From: Cyanobacteria bacterium P01_F01_bin.150
GTDB lineage: Bacteria; Cyanobacteriota; Cyanobacteriia; CAKZMO01
Reading direction: 5' to 3'
Length of the DNA stretch: 64,000 nt
Assembly (NCBI GenBank): GCA_039189765.1
Contig: JBCCYL010000001.1
Location: 32,001-96,000, forward strand
Shown: positions 40,301 to 51,600 of the stretch, one piece after another
How positions within the stretch are numbered: position 1 is the first letter of the stretch
Layout of the letters: each line of letters begins with the position of its first letter
The notes under the pieces: generated by a model
Databases searched by the model: none
What the model was told of the DNA's origin: nothing
What the model saw: the letters and a program-made list of their open reading frames with translations, nothing else
Translations under genes and position numbers: made by a program

Positions 40301-42426
40301 TATTCGCCAATGCTATGCCCAATCACCACATCAGGCTTAATTCCCCAGGATATCCAAAGCTGAGCCAACGCATATTCAATGGTAAATAGGGCAGGCTGAG
40401 CGTATTGAGTCTCGGTGATTTTAGATTTTAGATTTTGGATTTTGGATTTTGGAGGGAGTTGGGAAGTTGGGGAGGTTCGGTCCCCCTCTTGGGAGGGGCT
40501 AGGGGTGGGTTCTTCCGCCTTCTGCCTTTCATTGTCGGGATAAATTAGCGCTTTCAAATCAATATATAAATACTGATTAAATCCTTCGCAGCAGCGATCG
40601 ACCCACTGACGGAAAACAGACTCAGTGTCGTACAGTTCACGGCCCATATTTTCATATTGGCTGCCTTGGCCAGGGAACATAAAGACAATCGGTCGGTGGG
40701 TTTGAGGCGTGGACGTTCCATCATTGCTGCTGTTGCCAGTTAGGACTTTGGTAAGAGCAGGATTTTCAGAGATAGAGACGGGTTTATCAGCAGTTAGGGT
40801 GGCGATCGCATCCTCAACCGTTTGGCACAAAATCGTCCGACGATAGTCAAATCCTCGACGACCTTTTTGAAGTGTGTAGGCGATATCAGCAAGGGCTTGG
40901 CTTGAAGAATTAGCTAGATTTAGATCCCAGGGTTCTTTGAGAACCCTGGGATCTGGGTCGCCAGGATCTTTGCATTGTTGCAGATAATCTATCAAGCGCT
41001 GCGTCTGAGCTTCCAGAGCCGTCTCTGTTTTTGCCGAAAGAATCAGCAGTTGCCAAGGACGAGAGGGTGATGGTTGCTCTTTAGATTCAAGCGCTTCTTC
41101 CAAAATCACATGGGCATTGGTGCCGCCGATGCCAAAGGAGCTAACGCCTGCCCGTCGTGGGGTGCCGTTGACTTGCCAGTCTTGCAGGGTATGGTTAATT
41201 CGAAAGGGACTGGAGTCTAGCTGCAATTGAGGATTGGGCTGCTGAAAATGCAGGCTCGGGGGAATTTGGCGATGGGTTAGGGATAAAATCGTCTTGAGGA
41301 GGCTAGCAATCCCCGCCGCCGTATCCAGATGGCCAAGGTTAGACTTTACCGATCCCAATGCACAGTAGCCGTTCTCACTTTTATTTTCTCCATCACGTTG
41401 AAACGCTTGGGTCAATGCCGCCACCTCAATCGGATCACCTAAAGGAGTCCCCGTACCGTGGGTTTCCACATAGGTAATCGAACTAGGGTCTACCTCCGCA
41501 ACCGTCTGAGCCGTACGAATCACCTGGGCCTGAGCCTCTACACTAGGTGCTGTATAGCTAACTTTAGAATCTCCATCATTGTTGATGGCCGATCCCTTAA
41601 TCACCGCATAAATCGTATCCTGATCGGCCTGAGCATCTTCTAACCGCTTTAGCACGACTAATCCCAACCCTTTACCCGGAACGGTCCCCTGGGCCTCAGC
41701 ATCAAATGCTCGACAGTGGCCATCGGGCGAATAAATGCCCCCAGGCTGATAAACATATCCCACCTGCTGGGCTGCTGCCACTCCTCCCGTCAAAGCCATA
41801 TCGCACTCACCGCTGAGCAAGCTTTGGCAAGCCATATGCACCGCCACCAGAGACGTAGAGCAGGCCGTCTGCACATCCACGCTAGGCCCGGTGAGATTTA
41901 GCTTGTAGGACGCACGGGTCGTTAGAAAATCCTTATCGCTGGATAGAAAAATTTGGTACGGACTGACCGTTGAGCGGGTTTGGGCATTGCGATACAAATT
42001 CAGCAGATAGCCATTCATCGCCGCTCCTGCATATACGGCGATCGCCCCCTCATACTGCTCCGCATCATAGCCCGCATGCTCCAGCGCTTCCCATGCCACC
42101 TCTAAAAACAAGCGCTGCTGCGGATCCAGAACTTCCGCTTCCCGTGGACTATAGCCAAAAAACTCCGCATCAAACTGATCGATATCCTCCAGCAACGCCC
42201 CCGCCTTAACAAAATTAGGCTGGTTTAGAGTCGCCTCATCCACCCCCAGCGATCGCAATTCCTCATCACTGTAAAAACGCACCGACTCAACCCCCTGCTG
42301 GAGATTTTGCCAAAACTCATCCAGAGTCCGCGCCTGGGGAAATCGTCCTGCCATTCCAACGATGGCGATTTCCAGACCCGTTAAGGGAGTTGAGGAGTGA
42401 GAGAGTTGGGGAGTTGCGGTGGACAT
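37369..42426 (-). CDS. Type I PKS module: KS - AT (malonyl) - KR (degenerate) - ACP
   Basis: 1685 aa. KS triad VQTACSTS, HGTGT, NLGHLD. AT GHSIG and HAFHS (malonyl). KR with GQMEQGLG and YSSAN. ACP GGHSLL. Confidence 0.95.
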   Translation of the reverse strand: MSTATPQLSHSSTPLTGLEIAIVGMAGRFPQARTLDEFWQNLQQGVESVRFYSDEELRSLGVDEATLNQPNFVKAGALLEDIDQFDAEFFGYSPREAEVLDPQQRLFLEVAWEALEHAGYDAEQYEGAIAVYAGAAMNGYLLNLYRNAQTRSTVSPYQIFLSSDKDFLTTRASYKLNLTGPSVDVQTACSTSLVAVHMACQSLLSGECDMALTGGVAAAQQVGYVYQPGGIYSPDGHCRAFDAEAQGTVPGKGLGLVVLKRLEDAQADQDTIYAVIKGSAINNDGDSKVSYTAPSVEAQAQVIRTAQTVAEVDPSSITYVETHGTGTPLGDPIEVAALTQAFQRDGENKSENGYCALGSVKSNLGHLDTAAGIASLLKTILSLTHRQIPPSLHFQQPNPQLQLDSSPFRINHTLQDWQVNGTPRRAGVSSFGIGGTNAHVILEEALESKEQPSPSRPWQLLILSAKTETALEAQTQRLIDYLQQCKDPGDPDPRVLKEPWDLNLANSSSQALADIAYTLQKGRRGFDYRRTILCQTVEDAIATLTADKPVSISENPALTKVLTGNSSNDGTSTPQTHRPIVFMFPGQGSQYENMGRELYDTESVFRQWVDRCCEGFNQYLYIDLKALIYPDNERQKAEEPTPSPSQEGDRTSPTSQLPPKSKIQNLKSKITETQYAQPALFTIEYALAQLWISWGIKPDVVIGHSIGEYVAGAIANVFTFDDALKIVAKRGQLMQAQPTGSMVAVSVAADEIEAYLTDGLNLAAVNAPKLCVVSGSEKAIAKLQTRLEKDNISHRLLHTSHAFHSHLMEDAVQPFTDVIKGVALQAPTIPLLSNITGTLLSDEDATNPSFWGQQLRSPVRFADGINLLQQDVSHLFLEVGPSRTLTTFVQSQKVEGVQKAEGRRQKAEEPTPNSSQEGDRSGATPQLPNSPTPQLPNSPILTSLRHPKEKQSDIFHLMRTLGQLWLEGVSVNWDGFYKNERRSRVPLPTYPFERQRYWIEPDESLLPGSTSQDTGAVTATMQQSQVKIQADSADWLYSPSWQRVSPRSVPGQVDRQIWLVVTNSADSSDLGIQLGQRIQGLGHEVVTVIPGREPFDQVEYRTFSVNPESPDGYRELLDDLELRELLPNRILYLWHGMEDWFGFYGLRSLPQALTAFLKQQPVQITVVTENVHDVTGTESLNPNQASLLGLCQVIPQEYPTLGCNCIDLDRDKYSDAMLQTLAQELIQPPVDALVAYRGRHRWQQIYTSIKVDDQVQPAIALRPQGHYLVVGQMEQGLGEAIAPFLIESLDAKLSIICPGTTPPHPSLRPTDTLRENQGEGAEPPVSPFTKGGLRGVFIETNITDLQQMQEAITQAEAKHGEIHGVFYSTPMSNEQSMSLLQQRDKASWEYSLRTKIYGLEVLTQVLAERRPDFCLLQSSLSSIVGGLGLGTYSSANHVIDAIAHDQSASQSVPWISVNWDGFHSMDNATLAESVGDQAELQSKMSGRLEQQLAPFTLTAEEVWKATQRVLALGNTAQVVVSKGDLDARLRQWIRVQPEGLIAKDTAPPGTLKKQSQHQRPQLSAAYMAPRTEMEGAIATIWQELLGIEQVGIEDSFFELGGHSLLAIQAIARLREQFGVELPMQSLLFEAPTIAGIAQLVETQMATDNEGADNDEGGEDAEDMAALLAEIQALSPDEVAAELGEK
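40922..40954. mobile_element. 33-bp short form of the inverted-repeat element (3-nt interior)
   Basis: AGATCCCAGGGTTCT-TTG-AGAACCCTGGGATCT, translated DPRVLKEPWDL. Further short forms at 46693-46725 and 48214-48246. Confidence 0.75.
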
Positions 42427-42698
42427 ATAGGTGAATTTTAGATTTTGGATTTTAGATTTTGGATTTTAGATTTTAGTTAGGGAGTTTTACCTGGTTCCGA
42501 GACTCTGGCTGGGAGTCCAAACGGGAGACTCTGGCTCCCTAGCACCTCTGGCATTGAGACAGAGCTTTTGGTGAATATTTTCAAACGAAGTCTGAGAAAA
42601 AGGGGAGATTTTGTCTTCTGCCCTCACTGGATTGTTGGGTTTCCTATCGTCAACCCAACCTACGCGGCCTTCTTCCTTCTTCCTTCTTCCTTCTTCCT
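42427..42698. repeat. Intergenic repeat patch: TTTT(A/G)GA array, GAGACTCTGGCT element, GTAG REP-like palindrome, CTTCCTT array
   Basis: Read directly. REP-like GTTGGGTTTCCTATCGTCAACCCAACCTAC at ~42634-42663. Confidence 0.85.
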
Positions 42699-45600
42699 TC
42701 ATTCCCTTCCTCCCGATCGCTTTTGACGACGCTGCTTAAGGCGATCGCGTCCCGCTACCATTTTCTCAACCCGACGGTCCACCTGTTCCTCCAAAGTAGG
42801 TCCATCTTCCCGACTTAAATAATTCGCTAAATCACTAATGGTCGGATATTGGAACAAATCCACCAGAGTTAAACTCGCCCCAAAGTCTTCCTGCTTTAAT
42901 TGATTATGAACGTTAACCACCAGCAGGGAATGCCCACCCAAATCAAAGAAATTATCGTGAATCCCCACAGTCTCCACCTTAAGCACCGTCTGCCAAACCT
43001 GGGCGATCGCCTGTTCAATAGACGTTTTCGGCGCAACATAAGCGGTAGAGACAGCCAATCCACCATCAGGAGCCGGAAGCCGCTTGCGATCGACTTTGCC
43101 GTTAGGTGTTAAAGGCAGCGCATCCAGAACCATATAGCGACTGGGCACTAGATGCTGGGGCAGTTTATCGGTAAGGAACTGCCGTAAGGAATTTTGGATT
43201 TTGGATTTTGGATTTTTGTTGGGGAGTTGGGGAGTTGGGGAGTCAAGGAGTTGGGGAGTTGGTGCACTCCAGTTCCCCTCTTGGGAGGGGCTAGGGGTGG
43301 GTCCTCCAGATTTTGGAGCTTGATGGTCATCTGCTTTGAGGATAACGTACGCTACTAGAATTGAATTTGCCTCTTGAGAGTAAACCGTGACGATCGTCTG
43401 CTGAACATCAGGATGTTGGCTCAAAGCAGCTTCGATTTCGCCTAGCTCAATTCGGAAGCCCCGCAGCTTGACTTGGAAGTCTAAACGACCTAGATATTCC
43501 AGAGTTCCGTCTTCCTGATATCGAACGCGATCGCCCGTTTTGTAAAGCTTAGGGACACTAGCGCTAAGATCCCAGGGTTCTCTATAATCCCCTTTGCTAC
43601 TATCTAATGTTTGGATAGAACCCCGGGATCTGGGGACGAGATGCTCAACAAATCGTTCGCTTGTCAAATCTGGCCGATTCAAATACCCGAGTGCGACTCC
43701 TTCCCCGCCAATATAGAGTTCCCCTGGAATACCCACCGGGACAGGCCGTAGTTGAGTATCCAGAACATAGAAGGTCGTATTGGCGATCGCCTGCCCAATA
43801 GACATCACTCCGGTCTTATCTACTACATCGTCCCGCTCAATCTTGTGAGCAGCAGACCAAATAGTGGTCTCAGTGGGACCATATAAATTCCATAGTTCCT
43901 GGCCATAATCCAGTAGTTGCCGCGCTAACTCACTATCAAGGGCTTCTCCACCCGATAAAATTCGCAGGTCTGATTTACCTTGCCATCCACTTGCCAGCAA
44001 CAATCGCCAGGTCATAGGCGTTGCTTGCATTACCGTAACCTGATGTTGGTCCAACGCCTCGGCTAGCTGTGCCCCATTTCGGGTCATATCACGGGGAGCG
44101 ATCGCCACAGTTCCACCTACCATTAGCGGTAAAAATAGCTCCAGGGCCGCAATATCGAACGACAGAGTCGTTACCGCTAACAGTGTATCCCGTTCGCTTA
44201 GCTGGAGTTTATCCTGCATCGCGTGCAGGAAGTTTGCCAAGGAACGATGAGAAATTTGCACGCCTTTGGGATTGCCTGTGGAGCCGGAAGTGTAGATGGT
44301 GTAGGCGATTTCTGATTTTGGATTTTGGATTTTGGATTTTGGAGAAGGCGTGATTGGGTGATGGGAAATGGTGTCTTGGTCGGTGTCGAGAGTAATTGAA
44401 TTTTGAATTGTGAGTTTTGAATTTTGAATTTGGGTTGTTGACTGCTGAATAATTGTTCTAATGCCAGCATCTTCAACCATGTAGCGGATGCGATCGCCCG
44501 GATAGGTCGGGTCAATGGGTAAGTAAGCGGCTCCCGCTTTATGAATTGCAAGGAGAGCAATTACCATCTCAGCAGATCGCTCCACACAAACACCTACTAG
44601 CTCTCCAGGCTGAATATCCAAGGACTGAAGATAATGGGCTAACTGATTAGCCCGCTGGTCAACTTCTCTGTAGGTTAGGGATTGGGATTGACTGGATAAG
44701 GGATTGATGGTGGTGAGGGCGATCGCCTCTGGAGCCTTATTGACTTGTGCTTCAAATCGCTGGTTAACATAAGCCGTAGGCGATAGGTCAACATCAAGCT
44801 GAGTCTGATTCCAGTCCTCCAAAAGCTGACGCTCTACAGCAGTTAATAACTCGATATCATGAATCGAGACTTCCGTATCAGTCGCACTTTCTGCGAAGCT
44901 TTCCAAGATTGTCTGTAAATGGCCCAACAAACGAGCAATAAACGGCGGAGTCGTTTCACTATCATCATGACCAAACCAGCTCGGATCAAACAAAGCATTT
45001 AAAGTTAGCTGTGCCTCAGCAACGACATAGAGAGACAAAGGCAGGTTTGTTTGTTCGCTAATTTGAACATTCTCAACCGTTAACGTAGAGCGATTGTCCT
45101 TTAGAGTCGCTTCAACTGGATAGTTCTCAAATACCACCACGCTCTCAAACAGCGGCGTGCCGCGAGGCACCTCACTCCATCGCTGAATATCAATTAGAGA
45201 ACTAAATTCATACTGCTGTAGCTCTATGTGCTGAGCCTGAAGCGCTTGCAGCCAGGAAATCACATCCTGATGTTCATTCACCGCCACTCGCAATGGCAGT
45301 GTATTCATCATTAGTCCCACCATCGACTCACTGCCCGCCAATTCAGGTGATCGACCGGAACTGGTTGCCCCAAAGACAACATCGGTTTCTCCACTGTAGC
45401 GGCTAAGCAGTAGCGCAAATGCCCCTTGAACCACAGTGTTTAGGGTCAGTTGCTGCTGCTGACATAAATCTCGAAGCTGCTGAGTCAGGGTTTCACTTAA
45501 GCAAAGCTGCTGACTTTGATTGGCGATCGGCACTCGCCCTTGTTTTGCTTTCGCTCCCGACGCCTCAAATCGAAACGCTGTAGGCGCAGTAAATCCAGCC

Positions 45601-48600
45601 AAATACTCCCGCCAAAACTCTTCAGCCCGACACTGATCTTGCCGCATCAGCCAAGAAATGTAGGCAGCGTAGGGATTTTGGATTTTAGATTTTAGATTTT
45701 GGAAAGCCAGTTGAGGAGTTGAGGAGTTAGGGAGTTGGAGAGTTCCATCTTCTGCCTTCTGCCTTCTGCCTTCTGCCTTTTCCTGATATGCCGTTAGCAC
45801 TTCTTTTAAGACAAGCGGCATTGACCAGCCATCCAATAGAAGGTGGTGATAGGTCCAGATGATGTGATGGTGCTTAGGAGACTGTTGAATTACGACTAGG
45901 CGCATCAGTGGAGGCTGGATAAGGGGGAAATCGCGCGATCGCTCCTCCTTCTCTAAATCAACTAACCGCTGCTGTTGCTCTGCGACAGACATCGCACTCC
46001 AATCCAACGCCTGAACTGGAATCCTCGCATCTTTAGCAACGACCTGTAACGGCTGTTCTAAACCATCCCATACAAAAACAGTTCGAAAACTGTTGTAGCA
46101 ATGCACCGTCTGCTGCCATGCCTGCTCAAACGCAGCACTATCGAAAGTATCTTGATCGGATGCACTGTAAATATCGAAGGCAACCTGAATAGCATACATC
46201 CCAGCCTGGGGTGTAAACAGGCTGTGGAATAGCATGCCCTGCTGCATGGGGGATAACGGATAGATATTAGCGACTTGCTTAAGGTTCAAACGAGTAAGCA
46301 TAGTATCTAACGTAGGTTGCGTTAATGGCGCTAGGGGAAAGTCCGAAGGGGTGTGTCCGCCTGCATCTGGAGAACAGCAGTGTTCGATTAGATCCACCAG
46401 CGCTACCTTGAAGGTTTCAGTCAGAGATTCAATGGCTTCAGTCGAAATTTGTTGAGGGTTATAGGTCCAGGAGAGAGTGAGTTGGGGAGTTGAGGCGTTG
46501 GGGAGTTGAGGCGTTGAGGAGTTGAGGCGTTGGGGAGTTGACGTAATTGATCCTACAATTTCTAGGGCGTAGGGTCTTGGTGCATCACTACTGATGGCTT
46601 GACCACTGGATTCGAGGGCGCGACTCAATAGTTTGGATTCACCTGCGATCGTTAGCTGACCTAAATAGTTAAAGCTTATATCTGCGGGATTGAGATCCCA
46701 GGGTTCTTCAAGAACCCTGGGATCTGAGGCATCGGTAGCTTGCTTCTGCTGGCGAATCTGCTCTTTGATTGACTTGAGAGCATCGACTATTTTGCTAGAA
46801 ATAGAAGTATTCGATTGGTGGGCAGTGCCTACCCTACAGTGGTATGTATTGAGAATTAATGGGGTGATTGTTGTAAACCATCCGACCGTGCGAGATACAT
46901 CTACCTCACTTTCACGGCCATAGCCTTCCAAGGCTACTTTGAAATCAGGTACGTCAAGTGATTCGGCAATCGCCCCTGCCAACGCCGTCAATAACACATC
47001 ATCCATACCCGTGCCGTAAGCCAAAGGCACGTCCGTCAGCAGTGCCTGAGTCTGCTCAGCGCTTAGGGCAACAGATGCCTGTTGTGCAGTTCCCACCGTT
47101 CCATTATCAGCGCTATCCCACAGGCTTTGAATTTCCTTCGTTTCTGATTTGGCAACGACTTGGTCCTTATCAACCTGAACGTCAACACGACTAATCTGAC
47201 CCTGTAAAGACGTTGCCCATGCCTGAATCGAAGTCGTTTTGGGCGGTAATTGAACAGGTTGACCTAAGCAAAGCTGTTGGTAAACTGTCTGCAAATCCTC
47301 TAGCAAAATGCGCCAGGAGACTCCATCAATAACCAAATGATGAACTACTATTAGAAGCCGATGGGATGCCTGATTATCATCTTGATCAGAATCACCTCGA
47401 TCAAACCAAACAACCCGCAAAAGCTCACCCGTGCTGAGCTTTAAGCTTTGATGAACGTTATCAACCGTTGCAGAAAGCAGTGCCTGCCACTGGTCTTCAG
47501 GCATACCCGCTGCATCGATCGCCTTCAGCGATACATTTACTTGCTCTGGAGATAGCAATTCGTGTTGCCATACGCCGTCTTCAGCAGACTGGATAAAACG
47601 CGATCGCAAATTATCGTGATGAGTTAGAAGGTGGGCGATCGCCTCCTCTAGTTTCACTACATTAAGATGTTCTTTAACGGCCAACAATACCGCCTGATTA
47701 AAGTGATTGGGTTGGGGATGCTGTTGAGCAAAGAACCAGTTTTGAATTGGGGTAAGCGGTACAAGTCCGGTCACGATTCCTTGGTCGGCGATCGTTACGG
47801 AATCATTAGAAGGAGGAATAGTGGCAAACGCCGTCAGCTCAGCAATGGTTTGATACTGAAAAATCTGTTTGGGCTTTAGCGATAGCCCAGCCTGATGGGC
47901 ACGACTAACAATCTGAATGGCCAGAATCGAATCCCCGCCCAACGCAAAGAAATTATCGTCAATACCAATATCAGACTGGTGCAGCACCTCCTGCCAGATT
48001 TTCACCAACTGGACTTCTGCATCAGTTTGGGGCTGAGCTTTAGTTTCTCCTGCACGCTGGTCCCCGCCATCTGACCAGTCCACCACAGGTAACGCCCGTC
48101 GATCTACTTTTCCATTTCCAGTCAGCGGCAGATATTCCAGCCACACCACCCGTGCAGGCACCAAATAATCCGGCACCCGTTCACCTAAAAACGCTCGTAT
48201 TTCTGGGGTGAGAAGATCCCAGGGTTCTTTAAGAACCCTGGGATCTGGGCGCTCTGAGCTATCACCAACAACATAGGCGACTAGACGATCCACTCCATAA
48301 TCATCCGTCTGCATGATCACTACTGCATCTCGAATCATGCCATGCTGACACAACAGCGCCTCCACCTCACCCAGCTCCACCCGGAACCCACGAATCTTAA
48401 CCTGTCGATCCAGCCGTCCCAAATACTCGATCGCCCCATCAGGACAGAAACGAACGCGATCGCCCGTCTTGTAGAGAGTTAGGGAATTTGCGCCCAGATC
48501 CCGGGGTTCTTCTAGTAACTTTTGCCCATTACCAGAGACTAGGGTAGAACCCCGGGATCTTTTGAGAGCTTCTGCCTTCTGCCTTCTGCCTTCTGCCTTT

Positions 48601-51600
48601 AAGAATGGATTTGGAATAAACCGATCGCCTGTCAACCCTGGACGATTTAAATACCCCCGTGCCAGTCCGTCTCCCGCAATATAGAGTTCTCCTGGTAAAC
48701 CAGCGGGAACAGGCTGGAGGTACTCGTCCAGAATATACACTTGGGTATTGGAGATTGGCTGACCAATAGGTGGGGACGGATTGCAATCCTCTAAAGCGAT
48801 CGCATGACAGCACGTAAAGGTTGTGCCTTCTGTAGGACCATAGCCATTGATCACTCGGCAGTTGGGATAGGTCTTGAGCAGTTTCTCAAGGTGAGGACCA
48901 GAGAGAACGTCGCCTCCTGCTAGGACTTGTTGAACTGAAGCAAAATTGGCGATCGCCTCATCCACCATCACATGAAATAGCCCTGCGGTAAGCCACACTG
49001 TCGTCACGTTGTAACGAGTAATCACCTCACCAAAGTCCTGAAGCGATGGCTGTGCCTGGGGCATCATAACCACTTGACCACCGTTTAGAAATGCCCCCCA
49101 AAGCTCAAACGTAGATGCATCAAAGGCCAGCGGCGCTGCCTGTAAAATGACTTGTCGATTATCCAGCTTTACATAGTTTGTATTTTTGACCAGCCGCACC
49201 ACTGCCCGATGAGTAACGCAAACCCCCTTAGGAGTGCCAGTGGAACCCGAGGTGTACATCACATAAGCCAAATTGTCAGGCGTAGTCGTCCTGAACGGAG
49301 GGGTGATGGGGTAATGGGAAATTTCGTTTTGGACAGCGTTGAGATTTAGATGAACAAGTTTTGAATTTTGTTCGCTTAGCGTCTCTGTAGGAGAAATTTT
49401 GAGTTTTGAATTTTGATTGGCGCTAATGATCAAAGAAAGGCGAGCGTCTTCTACCATTAAATGAAGCCGTTCAAACGGATAGTCTGGCTCTAGAGGAACG
49501 TAAGCGCCTCCGGCTTTAAGAATGGCTAAAATGGCAATGATCGTTTGGGGCGATCGCTCAGCCCAAACGCCTACTAAAACATCTGGGCCAACTCCCTGAT
49601 ATTGAAAATAGTGCGCTAATTGATTCGCCTGTTTATTAAGTTCTTCATATGTCCATTGATCTGCACCAGACTCTGATGGAAACGTTAGCGCAATGTCATC
49701 ACACTGTTGGTTAGCCTGAGCGTCGAACAGTTCATAAATACAAGCAGTGCGAGGATAATCGGTTGCCGTTTGAGTGCCCCAATCCATAACCATCTGCTGT
49801 TGGTCAGAGGGTAACCACAATAGATCTGAAATAGGACGTTCTAATCCCGATGGCATAGTATCTAATAGCGTTTGAAAGCATGCCACCATCTGCTTAACCG
49901 TGGCAACATCAAACAAGTCCAGGCTGTATTCCCATGTTCCCTCCAGCCCTTCATCCGTCTCGGTCATGACCACCGTTAGATCGAACTTAGCCGTGCCGCT
50001 GTGCTGTTCCATCGGAGTCCACTGGAGATCCTGCTGCTGAGCCATCGACACACGGTTTTCCAAGGAGAACATCACTTGAAAAAGAGGGGTGTAGGCCAGC
50101 GATCGCTCCACATCTAAAGCATCCAATACCTGCTCAAATGGCAAGTCCTGGTAGGCATAGCCGTCCAGAGTAATATCTCGCACCTGCCCCAGAAGATCTG
50201 CCAGGGTAGGATTGCCCGATAGATCCGTACGCAGAGCCAGGGTATTTACAAAAAAGCCGATTAGGGGTTCCACCTCTGCGCGATGGCGGTTTGCAATGGG
50301 AGTCCCCACCACAATATCCGCGTTGCCGCTGTAGCGATGCAAAAATAGATTAAATGCGGCAAATACCGTCATAAACAGTGTGCAGCCTGCCTGCTGACTC
50401 AAAGCTTTCAGGGCTTGAGTTTGAGAATCTGAAAGCTGGAATGAATAGATATCACCGTGTTCACTGCGAACGGCAGGACGAGGATAGGTTGTAGGTAAAT
50501 CTAACGTGGGAGCCTGGTCGAGGTGCGATCGCCAATAGTCAAGCTGCTGCTCTAACGCATCGTTCTCGCTATCGTCCTCATTTTGAGTCGCCTTATCCTG
50601 ATTATCGCTACCCTGACTATCACCATCAAGCCACTGCCGCTGCCATCGGGCAAAATCTCCGTACTGAATCGGCAGCTCCGATAATACCGCTTCTAAATTT
50701 GTATCCTCAGCATTAGCCAGTTGTGCCCTATAAAATGCCGTTAGCTCATGCACCAACACACCCATCGACCAGCCATCAGCAATAATATGGTGCAGAGTTA
50801 ACAGTAAAACCTGCTCAGACTCTGATAGATAAGCTACCTTAACGCGGAATAAAGGAGGCGTAGTCAGATCAAATGGCTGATTGGCTTCCTCACGGGCGAT
50901 CGCTAACAGCCGCTCTTCAATCGACTCTTCTAAACTTTCCTGCAAATCGGTCTGAGAAGAGACGCTCAAATCCACAGTGGCGATATCGATAGCAAGATCC
51001 GGCAGCACTAGTTGGATGGGCTGATTAGTATTTGGATCAATGTCGAAACGCGATCGCAACACCTGATGGCGCATCACCACTTGTTCCAGACTTTTTTGCA
51101 GCAGCGTTAGATCCAAGTCTCCCGTAATTTTGACCGCCAGCGGGATATTGTAGGTCGCTGATTCAGGTTCTAATTGCCATAGCATCCACTGCCGTTGCTG
51201 AGCAAAAGACAACGGCTGCGGAGTCAACGGTTCAAGTCGCTCAGGAGTAATATTCTGAAGTGATGCTGGATCAACTTCCGAGCGGATCAACTCATCGATC
51301 ACGTTAGCTAATGTCCCAAAAGTCGGCTGTTCAAACACCTGCCGTAAGGGCAACTCAACTTGAAACGCCTGTCGCACCTGGGATGCAAATCGAGTTGCAG
51401 ATAGAGAATGTCCCCCCAAGTCAAAGAAGTTATCCTGGGGTCCTATGCCTTCTGTTGTTTGGTTTAGGGCGATCGCCGCCAATGCAATCACCACTTCCTG
51501 AGTCGGCGTTTTTGTCCCCGTATTTTTCTCCGCTACACTCGCAGGAGTTGGAACAGGAAGCGCCCGTCTATTCACCTTGCCATTAGGAGTCAAAGGCAGT

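Noticed and set aside
42487..42702. 71-aa ORF between the NRPS and PKS genes
   Set aside because: Composed almost wholly of repeat-derived peptides (EEGRRKK, VGWVDDRKPN). Translation by ATGA coupling cannot be excluded, but there is no evidence of function.
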